From positions 1 through 33,761 of the forward strand of contig JAVVGL010000021.1 in NCBI GenBank assembly GCA_032249135.1: a stretch of 33,761 nt of DNA. The letters are read 5' to 3'. The stretch comes from Candidatus Calescibacterium sp. (lineage in GTDB: Bacteria; Calescibacteriota; Calescibacteriia; Calescibacteriales; Calescibacteriaceae). The position numbers and the translations under genes were made by a program. Shown piece after piece: positions 17,255 to 27,700 of the stretch (position 1 is the stretch's first letter; each line of letters opens with the position of its first letter). The notes under the pieces are model-generated. The model worked only from the letters and a program-made list of their open reading frames with translations, did no database searches and was not told the DNA's origin.

Positions 17255-19954
17255 GTGCTGAGAAAAAAAACTGTATCGGCAGATGTTGTATTAGTTGATG
17301 GTTCATCGCAATTTTTTCGGGCTTTTTTTCAGCTCAGAACACTTATAAACTCAAAAGGTTTCCCAACAGGAGCTATATATGGCTTTACAAACATAATCAG
17401 AAAAATAATCAAAGAATTTTCTCCTCGCTATGTGGCAATAGCATGGGACTCGCACAAAAAAATAAGAGCAGAAAAATTCAAAGATTACAAAGCTACAAGG
17501 AGAGAAACTCCAGATGACCTCAAAGTCCAAATTCCATACATAAAAAAGATAATAGACGCTTATGGTTTTGCAAACTTTGAAATAGAAGGTCTTGAAGCAG
17601 ATGATATAATAGCAACCTTAAAAAATAAAATACACCAGCAAAATCCAGACCTGAAAATCATAATCATAACATCAGACAAAGATATAATGCAAATAGTAGA
17701 TGAGAAAACTTATGTTTATGATCCACGAGCAGAAGAAAACGGAGATCCTCTTTTTACCCCGGAGAAGGTAAAGGAAAAATTTGGAGTAAGACCCGAACAA
17801 ATTCCTGATTATCTTGCATTAGTGGGAGATCAGATAGATAACATTCCCGGAATAAAGGGAATAGGACCAGAAGGAGCAAAAAAGCTCCTTGAGAAATTCA
17901 ATTCAGTTGAGCAAATTTTTGAAAGATTAGGAGAAGTAGATTTAAAATGGCGAAGGTTACTTTTTGGAGAGAGACAGAATGCTCTTTTATACAAAGAATT
18001 AGCAAAACTCAAAATAGTAGATATTGAAATTGATATTGAATCTTTGAAACCAAGAACACCAAAAATAGAAACATTAATTGAAATTTTCAAGGAACTTGAA
18101 TTCTCATCTTACTTGAAAGAGTTAGCGCAGGAGTTCCCAGCTTTATTTGATAAGTTTGACAAGAGCAAATATTTTCTTGTTGATTCAGAACAAAAGTTCA
18201 AAGAACTTATTGATAAGATAGAAAAAGAAAAATTTTTCGCTTTTGATACCGAAACCTCTTCTCTGGACATTGAAGAGGCAAAAATTTTAGGAATATCTTT
18301 TGCATTCAAGGATTCAACATCATATTATATTGACCTCACAGAGAACACAGAAAAAATTCTTGAGGCTCTGAAAAAATACCTTGAAGATGAAAACTACAAA
18401 AAAGTCGGGCAGAACATAAAGTTTGACATAAGAATACTAAAAAAATACGGAATAGAGGTGAAAGGTATAGATGGTGATTCAATGATAGCAGCTTGGATGC
18501 TCAATCCTGACAGAACAAAAATAGGTCTTGATGAACTATCTTTGATATATCTTGGACACAAAACAACTTCTTACAAAGAACTTACAGCAGATGGAAAAAT
18601 TCGCTTTCAAAATGTAAGCAAAGAAAAGGCGAAAGACTATTGCTGTGAAGACTCTCTGGTTGCCCTTACTCTTCATGAGAAACTTTTTGAGCTGATGAGG
18701 GAGAAAGAATTGTTAGAACCGTACAAAAATATTGAACTGAAAATAATTCCCATTCTCGCAGATATGGAAAGCGCAGGAGTAAAAGTAGATAGAGAGTTTT
18801 TCGCAAAGTTCGGAGAAGAAGTAAAAAGTCAGATAGATCAAATATCAAAAAGAATTTATGAAATAGCCGGAACAAGATTTAATATAGATTCAACTCAGCA
18901 GTTGGGTTATATTCTTTTTGAAAAGCTCAAAATAGAACTTGAAGAAATAAAGAGGACGAAAAAAACAAAAGCATACTCAACAGATAATGAAGTCTTGCAA
19001 GAAATAGCCTCAGCAGGATATGAAATAGGAGAATTGCTCTTAAAATACAGAGCATTAAAAAAATTGTTATCAACATACATATTACCAATACCTCAACTTG
19101 TAAGCAGAAAAACTGGCAGAATTCATACATCATTCAACCAGACAAAAACGGCTACTGGCAGACTTTCCTCATCTGACCCTAATTTACAAAATATACCAGC
19201 AAAAGGAGAAGAGGGAAGCAAAATAAGAGAAGGTTTTATTGCAGATGAGGGAAATGTTTTTGTATCAGCAGACTACTCGCAAATTGAGCTGAGGGTTCTT
19301 GCTCACATCACACAAGACCCAGAACTCATAAGAGCATTCAAAGAAGGGGAAGATATACACTCTGAGGTTGCGTCTTTTCTATTTCAGGTTCCAAAATCAG
19401 AAGTCACAAAAGATATGAGAAGGATTGCAAAAATTGTAAATTTCGGAATAATTTACGGAATAAGCGCTCACGGACTTAAAACTCAGGCAAAACTCCCATC
19501 AAGACACGACGCCCAAAAACTCATAGATTCTTACCTCCAAAGGTTCAAAGTAGTAAAAGAGTGGAGAGAAAATATAATAAAAGAAACAGAAAAAAAAGGT
19601 TTCGTAAGAACGATTTTCGGAAGATTAAGATATATTCCTGAACTCAAATCAGAAGACAAAAATATAAGAGCAGAAGGAGAAAGAAGGGCTATAAACACTC
19701 CAATACAAGGCTCAGCAGCTGATATAATGAAGATAGCTATGATATCAGTATGGAATAGACTGAAAAAAGAGGTTCCAGAAGCAAAAATTATAATACAAGT
19801 TCATGATGAGCTCATAGTTGAATGTCCAGAAGAAAAATCTGATAAGGTAAAAGAAATACTTGAAGAAGAAATGAGACTTGAAGAAAAACTGAAATTTTCT
19901 GTTCCTCTGAAAGTGAGTGTCAAGATAGGCAAAAAATGGTCAGAACTTGATTAG
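17255..19954 (+). CDS. polA: DNA polymerase I with 5'-3' exonuclease, intact 3'-5' exonuclease motifs and polymerase domain
   Basis: LVDGSS...RAFF, EADDIIA; Exo I DTET, Exo II NIKFD, Exo III YCCED; TGRLSSSDPNLQNIP, ADYSQIELR, QVHDEL. Confidence 0.98.
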   Translation: MLRKKTVSADVVLVDGSSQFFRAFFQLRTLINSKGFPTGAIYGFTNIIRKIIKEFSPRYVAIAWDSHKKIRAEKFKDYKATRRETPDDLKVQIPYIKKIIDAYGFANFEIEGLEADDIIATLKNKIHQQNPDLKIIIITSDKDIMQIVDEKTYVYDPRAEENGDPLFTPEKVKEKFGVRPEQIPDYLALVGDQIDNIPGIKGIGPEGAKKLLEKFNSVEQIFERLGEVDLKWRRLLFGERQNALLYKELAKLKIVDIEIDIESLKPRTPKIETLIEIFKELEFSSYLKELAQEFPALFDKFDKSKYFLVDSEQKFKELIDKIEKEKFFAFDTETSSLDIEEAKILGISFAFKDSTSYYIDLTENTEKILEALKKYLEDENYKKVGQNIKFDIRILKKYGIEVKGIDGDSMIAAWMLNPDRTKIGLDELSLIYLGHKTTSYKELTADGKIRFQNVSKEKAKDYCCEDSLVALTLHEKLFELMREKELLEPYKNIELKIIPILADMESAGVKVDREFFAKFGEEVKSQIDQISKRIYEIAGTRFNIDSTQQLGYILFEKLKIELEEIKRTKKTKAYSTDNEVLQEIASAGYEIGELLLKYRALKKLLSTYILPIPQLVSRKTGRIHTSFNQTKTATGRLSSSDPNLQNIPAKGEEGSKIREGFIADEGNVFVSADYSQIELRVLAHITQDPELIRAFKEGEDIHSEVASFLFQVPKSEVTKDMRRIAKIVNFGIIYGISAHGLKTQAKLPSRHDAQKLIDSYLQRFKVVKEWRENIIKETEKKGFVRTIFGRLRYIPELKSEDKNIRAEGERRAINTPIQGSAADIMKIAMISVWNRLKKEVPEAKIIIQVHDELIVECPEEKSDKVKEILEEEMRLEEKLKFSVPLKVSVKIGKKWSELD

Positions 19955-20005
19955 GGAAAAAATTAAGAAAAACAAAAATCTCAGGAAAATTATTAAAGAT
20001 TTTTT

Positions 20006-20752
20006 ATGGCTGAATTCCTTCAAGGAGAGCTAATAGAAAGAGTTGATTTCTCAGAAGACCTTGGAATGTTCAAATTCCGTATAATAGATGGTGAGATTCC
20101 TCCTTTCATACCGGGGCAATATGCAACTTTGGGACTTGAAGGAGACGATGGTAAAATAATATGGAGACCGTATTCAATAGTCTCATCTCCATACGAAAAA
20201 TTTTTAGAGTTTTATATTGAGCTCGTTCCTCACGGCAAACTTACTCCAAGAATATGGAAAATGAAAGTTGGAGATAAGATTTGGATAAGACCAAGAATAG
20301 TTGGCAAGTTCACATTGAACAAAGAAACGAAAAAACATCTTATGGTATGCACTGTGACGGGATTAGCTCCTTTTTTGAGTATGGTAAGGACGCAAAAATA
20401 TGAACTTGAAATGGGTAAATTAGATTCTCCTCACAAATTCCTCATTTTACATGGAGCTTCAAAATCTTGGGAACTTGGAATATATAAAGATGAACTTACA
20501 GAGCTTTCAAAAAAAGTAGATTGGCTGATTTATGTTCCAACTGTTTCAAGACCTTGGGAAGATCCCAACTGGAAGGGAGAGACAGGAAGAGTAGATGAAC
20601 TCGTGAGGAAATATGCAGATAATTATAATTTTACTTATGAAGACACAACAGGATATGCTTGCGGGAATCCAGATATGATAAAGCATGTGAAAGAAATACT
20701 GAAAAGAGCAAAATTTCCTGAAAACCGAATAAAAGAAGAAAAGTATTATTGA
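20006..20752 (+). CDS. fpr: Ferredoxin/flavodoxin--NADP+ reductase
   Basis: FIPGQY, RPYSIVS, GKLTP, TVTGLAPFLSM, YACGNPDMI, C-terminal EKYY. Confidence 0.9.
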   Translation: MAEFLQGELIERVDFSEDLGMFKFRIIDGEIPPFIPGQYATLGLEGDDGKIIWRPYSIVSSPYEKFLEFYIELVPHGKLTPRIWKMKVGDKIWIRPRIVGKFTLNKETKKHLMVCTVTGLAPFLSMVRTQKYELEMGKLDSPHKFLILHGASKSWELGIYKDELTELSKKVDWLIYVPTVSRPWEDPNWKGETGRVDELVRKYADNYNFTYEDTTGYACGNPDMIKHVKEILKRAKFPENRIKEEKYY

Positions 20753-20767
20753 TGTCATAATGTTGTA

Positions 20768-21772
20768 ATGAAAGTTCTCGTAACAGGAGGAGCAGGCTTT
20801 ATAGGTTCTAATTTAGTTCATTATCTTGTTAAAAATTATCCTTCCTGGAAAGTAATAGTTTTAGATGCACTAACTTACGCTGGGAATCCTGAAAATCTCC
20901 TACCAGTAAAAGATAAAATAGAATTCATAAAAGGAGATATATGTGATGAGCAGGTAGTAGATGATATAATGAAAAGAGGGATAGATATTGTATTTCATCT
21001 TGCAGCAGAATCTCATGTAGATAGATCAATTTATGAGCCTCCAAAATTTTTGAGAACAAATGTTTTCGGAACTTATAACTTGCTTGAAATCGCAAGGAAA
21101 CGAGGAGTTGGAGTGTTCGTTCATGTATCAACAGACGAAGTATATGGTTCAATAAAGAAAGGGTTTTTTACAGAAAAATCTCCGATGAACCCCTCATCAC
21201 CTTATTCTGCATCAAAAGCAGGTGGAGACCTTATAGCGCAAGCCTATTGGAGAATGTTCGGAGTACCAGTTATAATTGTAAGACCGTCAAATAACTATGG
21301 TCCATACCAGTATCCTGAAAAATTTATTCCTCTTTGCATAACGAATGCTCTTGAAGATAAACCGATACCAATTTACGGTAAGGGTTTGAATGTAAGGGAT
21401 TGGCTGTATGTAGAAGATTGTGCGGAAGGATTAGTTTTGTGTGCTCTCAGAGGTAAAAAAGGGGAAATCTACAACATGGGAGCAGGTCAAGAGAAAAGGA
21501 ATATAGATGTAGCAAAAACAATTTTGAAAAAACTTGGAAAACCTCTCAAACTCATCACCTTCGTAAAAGATAGACCAGCCCATGATTTCAGGTACGCGAT
21601 GAAGTCAGAAAAAATAAAAAAAGAGGTAAAATTTAAACCTAAAACAAAATTTGAAGAAGGGATAGAAAAAACAATAAAGTGGTATATTGAAAACCAAAAT
21701 ATATGGAGAAAAATAAAGAACTCTCCGGAATTTGAGGAACACAAAAGAAGAATCTATGGAGACCTATTTTAG
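20768..21772 (+). CDS. rfbB: dTDP-glucose 4,6-dehydratase
   Basis: TGGAGFIGS, DALTYAGN, AAESHVDRSI, VSTDEVYG, YSASKA, DRPAHDFRY. Confidence 0.97.
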   Translation: MKVLVTGGAGFIGSNLVHYLVKNYPSWKVIVLDALTYAGNPENLLPVKDKIEFIKGDICDEQVVDDIMKRGIDIVFHLAAESHVDRSIYEPPKFLRTNVFGTYNLLEIARKRGVGVFVHVSTDEVYGSIKKGFFTEKSPMNPSSPYSASKAGGDLIAQAYWRMFGVPVIIVRPSNNYGPYQYPEKFIPLCITNALEDKPIPIYGKGLNVRDWLYVEDCAEGLVLCALRGKKGEIYNMGAGQEKRNIDVAKTILKKLGKPLKLITFVKDRPAHDFRYAMKSEKIKKEVKFKPKTKFEEGIEKTIKWYIENQNIWRKIKNSPEFEEHKRRIYGDLF

Positions 21773-24700
21773 TTTGTATTTGTGATTTCGGTTATTACGC
21801 AGGATACTCCATAAAAAGAGTAAGATAAAAATATGAAACACAAAGGCTAACAGAGAAACAGAACAACCTACCGGTTTTGAACCAAAACCTGTACTATCTT
21901 GAAATTCTGAAAAGATTTTATCTGCAATACCTCCTTTTTCAGTATCAGCAAATCGCGGAGCAGGTGCTGTCGTCTTCCTTATAAAAGAGAAAATACAAAA
22001 CTGGGTCGATGGGTAATTCGTATCAATATATGTAAGAACAACATCAGTAAATCCATCTTGATTTACATCTGAAACTTCTATATCTGGCAATCCAATCGGT
22101 CCAAAGTTGAAAGGTAAGCCCGAATGATAAGATGAGGTTTCTCTTGCGTAACCATTAGAGCCAGAAATAGTTGATGGGTCTCCAAAGCTGAGATCAAAAA
22201 ATTCTGCTCCACCATAAGAACCGAAAGCGGTCCAAATTATATCAGGAACACCATCTGAATTCATATCTTCAACTTCAAGGGAAATATTGTTCAAAGGTGA
22301 TATTATTTGAGCATTCGCAGTTGATTGAAGAGCAAACGATAAATTCGCAGGTGTTGAATTATTCTTATAAAGATAAAGTATTTGGTCTTTTGATATAACT
22401 ACTATGTCATCTTTCCCGTCGCCGTCAAAATCAGCTGTATCTAATGAGGCAGGAGTTATAGAGTTCGGCAGAGTAAATGTTACGGCAGAAGCAAAACCAG
22501 AAGAAGTTCCGAGCTTAACAAAGAAATAAAGGAAATCAAGATTTACACCTACTATATCTAATTTCCCATCTTTATCTAAATCAACAAATTTAGCCCTTCT
22601 TACCCAACCTTCAATTTCAGGAAATGTTATAGTACCAGAGAATGTTCCATTACCATTACCGTATGCGAAAAAGCTAAGACCGGAGCAACCAACAAGAATA
22701 TCTTTTTTACCATCTTGATTTACATCAGCTGATTGAATATCATAAGGGAAGCAGTAATCTGAGCCTAAATTGATTTGCGATGAAGCAGAAAAACTGAAAC
22801 TTGAACCAGAATTTTTGTAAAAGTAGATATAGGTTTCTATTCCTGAGGCACCAAAAAAGACACCAGAAAGAACAACATCCTTTTTCCCATCTCCATCAAA
22901 ATCATCAATTGCGAATCCAGATTCTATACTATGACCCGGAATAGCAGAATAAGAGGCGCTGAACTGAAATGTTCCCGAAAGTGTTCCTGAGTTTCCGTAA
23001 AACACAAAGAAAGACTGCTTTGGCATAGATGTAATTACAATATCTCGTATCCCATCGCCATTAACATCAGCAACCTTAAATCTATCATCATTTATAAACT
23101 TAAATGTAGTTCCATCGTTAGGGAAGCAGGTTGATATAGGAGTAAAGTAATCAGCTGAGTGATATTGCCGAGCTACATATATTTGAACCTGCGCAGTAGC
23201 ATAGTTAGAATTACCACAGCTATTTACAACTTGAACTCTTGCTGTAACTTGCTTTGAATAAGAAGAATAATATGTATATTGAGTTGTGTTAGATGGAGTT
23301 GTTTTATCTATAATACCGTCTCCGTCAAAATCCCATCTATATTCAGAAATTGGGAAGAGAGATGTAGCAGTAGCTTGTAAAGTTACGGTCAAAGGAGCAT
23401 AACCTGATGTTGGGTTTGCGTAAAGAGAGACTTGCGGTATATCACATTCTGGTTGAGCCAAAATAACTATTCTTAAAGTTTTCGTATCTGTATCTCCATC
23501 TGAATCGTAAATCGTGATGCTTGCTGCATATTCTCCTGCTGATGAATATCTGTGGGTTATAGATGGTGATGTTGTTTCCTCTTTGTATCCATCTCCAAAA
23601 ACCCAGACATATTTTGAAACTTCAAAATCATCTTCTGCGATTACAGATAAAGTGACATCAAAAGGAGCTACGCCAGATGTAGCTGATGCCGAAAAGCTCA
23701 AAATACGAGGTGGTGAATTCAGAACCTGAATCGCTATGGGTTGCGATACTATTTCAGAACCTATATCTGTTATAACCGAAACTTTTGGATAAAATGTTCC
23801 AGCAAATCTTGGGTTATAAAAGTGGGTGACTGAGTTTTGAGTTGTTTCCGTTCCTGATAAATCACCAAATCTCCATCTATATTTCAAAGGTGTAGAGGAT
23901 GTTGAGACTTCAAACTTTACAACTTCTTTTCTTTTCACTTGTGTTTTATCGGCAGAAAAAGATATTATTTTGAATTCAGGGAAAACCTTTATATTTACCG
24001 AGTCGCTTGCTTCTATTCCGTCCTCACTTTTCACTTTTGCAGTAATTTTGAAATCTCCTTGCTCTTTGAGTTCAACCACAACATAATTTGAGTATGTTTT
24101 TATATCTTCTTTGCCGTCTCCGTTTGTATCAAGAGATATAAAACCTGCGAAATCTTTTGCGTCTATTCTCAGTCCCACCTTCAAAGGAGCGTGTCCGCTT
24201 ACCTTATCAGGATATATTTTCACATAAGGTGTTATTGGATTATTTTTGACCTTTATATTTATTTTCTTTTGAACACAGTTCCAGTCCCCATCACACACGC
24301 TAAAATTAACATAAGATAGTGTATCTTGATTTACTCTACCTGTGTATAAAATCGGAGAAAGAGAGTAAATATTGGAAAGAGAAAAGGAATAATTATTCTT
24401 ATAATCACTAATCCAAGCTGAAAATCTCAATTCTTCTGGTGATGAATCCGGGTCAGAGACTTTTATCTCGAACGGCACATAAGTCTTTTCATCAAATTCA
24501 TAATCAACCCCTTCTTTGAGCTCCTCACCTTTTGCGAATATAGATATAGAAGGTTTCTCTGTTATAACCTGAACAAATTTACATCGTGAGTCGGATGAAA
24601 AATCATCAGAAACATAAACACATATATATGAGCTTCTTTTGAGTGTAAAATCTATGCTATCACCTTGACCTATATCTTTGGAGTAGGAAAAATAAGAACC

Positions 24701-27700
24701 CTCTTTCCACAGAACTTTTGGATTTTTTCCTCCTGTATATGAAACGGAAAGTTTAGCTTTTTCATTTTTCTTCAGAGAATCTGGTACCGAAAAGTTAGTA
24801 ATACGGATAGGAATTTGCAGAACTATTTCTCCTAAATCTAACTCTCCGGAGCTAAGATCAGACGGCAAAGACACAACTTTTGGAGAGCTTAATCCATAAG
24901 CTGATATAGTAATTTCTTTTTCCGCCTTAAAATTTACCTGCCAAGACACTGAGAAAGTTCCATCTTGGGAAGAGGAAATGCATTTTCCTTGGGCAGAAGT
25001 CCATAAACATACCAACTCGTCAGGTATAGGTTTTTTAGCTTCATCTACTAATTTTCCTTTTATTTTTAATGTTTTTATTGGTAAGACGACTTTTCCGATA
25101 TAAAGATAGGGCTTTTTCACTTCTTTTGACCAACCATAAAGTTCGTAATGAGATGAAGATGATTCAACAGGAGAAGGAATATCTAATAGGTTAAAGCCCA
25201 AAGATGTTTTCAGGTCCAGCGCCTGACCGTTTACAAGTATCTTTGACCTTGTTTCACCTCCGACCCTTATTCCGGGAGCTGGGACATAAGCTATTATGCG
25301 TGAAGATGTTTCTACATATTGAACTTTTTCGTTGCTTTTTGGAGTGCAGACATACTTTGAAATCTCCTGCGAAAAAGAGCAGTCCATAGGATTTTCAGAG
25401 TTTGAACATACATAGTAATTTTTATCTTGAATGAAAGAACATCTCACAGCCCACAATCTTTCGCCAAAATATGAAGAACCTCCCTTTACTATTTCATCCA
25501 TTTTGAAAACAAAATCAACAAAAGAACTCAACATTTTAAAGAAGGTTGTAATATCATCTGCATAAACATCTAATGTGGTAGTTCCCGATGTAGATGTCTG
25601 CTTTGGCTGAACTCGTGGCAAGCTAAAAACTTGATAAGATAATTGAGCTTTTGGGGCAGCAGATGGTTGAGGTCCCATAGGAAACGGGAAAAATGGAGCA
25701 AATAAATCTTTACACTGAATAGGCACAACATTTTGAGCTCTTAAAAATGCATTGAAATCTTTATGGAATCTATCTATATAAGGTTGAATGGTTTCCCAAG
25801 CCTTTGCTGATTTCCATTCCCTATGCTCTCCCCAGGCTTGAATAGCCTGAGCTCCGAACATACCAGCCGTCTGAGCAAGGAAAGCTAAGCTACCAAAAGT
25901 TTTTTCTGCAACTCCTTTCAAAAGCCCTCCTATTGCTGAGCCTGCCGATCCTAAACATTCAAGAGTTTCCTTACTAATGAGGAGATCAGTAGTTTTATAT
26001 ATGATGTTTTGAATAATATTTTCCGGGTTTGTAAATTGCGCGGCTAATGCCTCGGCAGGATCTTCTCCTTTCGCAATAGCAGCTGCGGCATTAGACATAA
26101 AATCCTTAAAAGCTCCTAAACCAACAAATTCATTTATGGCTGCTATGGCTGCCCTTCCACAATTAGAAAAAACACCGCTCTCAACAGCCTTGCTTATGGG
26201 ACCCCAAAGCACACCGTATATATCATCAACTATAAGAGATACGAGCTGTGCTTTTGCTTCCTTACCTATTTCATCCCATCTCTCATAGAATATTTGGTCT
26301 GATGAAGCTCTGCCTATGGGTTCAAGTCCTTTTTGCACAGCCTTTATATATCCTAGAGCATTCTTAAAATCTTCTTTGATATTTCCACTACCAAAATCAA
26401 GCGCTGCTGATGCCTTACTCAAGGCATTCCTATGAATGGTATATGTATTCCCGTCTATTAACCCGTTCAAATAAAGGTTAAAAAGAGCATCTTTCATAGC
26501 CTCAATATCACGTGAAAGAATACTTCTGTAATTATTTATTATATCGTTGCAGTTCACACCACCTCCACTAGGATCTCCGTCTGGCGGAATTTTATCTGGA
26601 ATACCGTTGAGGTAATCATCATAAGGACCAAACATTTTTCCTTTTGATGGATTATCATGAACGGGATCGCTCTTTTTTACATCTACGCCGGCAATTCCAT
26701 TATTATCTGTGGATGACCCCCAATCGCCACCGCCATAAGTATTTCCTTGTGAAGATATGCGAAGACCAGAGACAGGGTTTCCATCACTATCAACAAATTG
26801 TGCAACCACAGATGCGTGAGACGAAACAGGGTAATCAACATTCCAAGATGAAAAATGTTCAACTTTTGCATAGACATAAAGCTTTTTGGTTTCTTTTCCT
26901 AAAACTATTTTTGCAAGCTCTGTAGGCTTTATTGCGTTCCCGTTTTCATCTTGTAAAATTCCAAGCTCCTCTCCTTGAATCCATACACCTTTTATTTCAT
27001 CGTAGTACCACATCGGAACTTCAACTAAATCTGTGGTTTCATTAACATAGTCATAAAGTGTGTGATATACATCTTCTGGGATTTTCATTCTCAAAGTCGG
27101 TTTTTTGACTTCTGCTTGTTTTCCCTTCAACCTTGCTATTTTTGGTGCGAAAGTTGATATAATCTCACCTTTTTCATCTTGGAGCTGAATAGATAAGAAT
27201 CCAGCAGATGATAATGTTATAAAACCTTTTTCTGAATCGGGTTTATATGCCAAAAACGAACCCAGCATAAGTTCAGGTTGAGAAGCAGGATTGACAAATG
27301 CTACACTTCCGGAAATTTCTTTATAGTCTGAAACGAGCTCCGGTGGTATTGATACCTCTGCTATGACTTCTCCACCTTCTTGTTTTGCGAAAATTCTTGA
27401 GTTCTTTGCGTCTTTATCTGCAAGAAGAATTGGAGCTCTACCTGGAACTGAAACCAAGGAAAACTGTGCACCATCTTTTAAGCTTGAATCTTTTTGCATA
27501 GCAGCTTTTGAAAGCTTTATATCTCGGAAGCCAGGACCATCCAAATGTAATGAGTTTTTAGCAAATCCTTCTTTTGTAACATCAACCTGAATTCTACCTG
27601 TAATTATCCTACCTGTTATCATTCGTCCGGTTAGCATTTCTGATTGGGTTTGAGATAGCCTTGCTGTTATCAATTTAGAATCTATGAAGAAAAATCCGCT

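Noticed and set aside
17255-19954. Intein or unusual insertion in polA
   Set aside because: Normal length (899 aa) and contiguous motifs.
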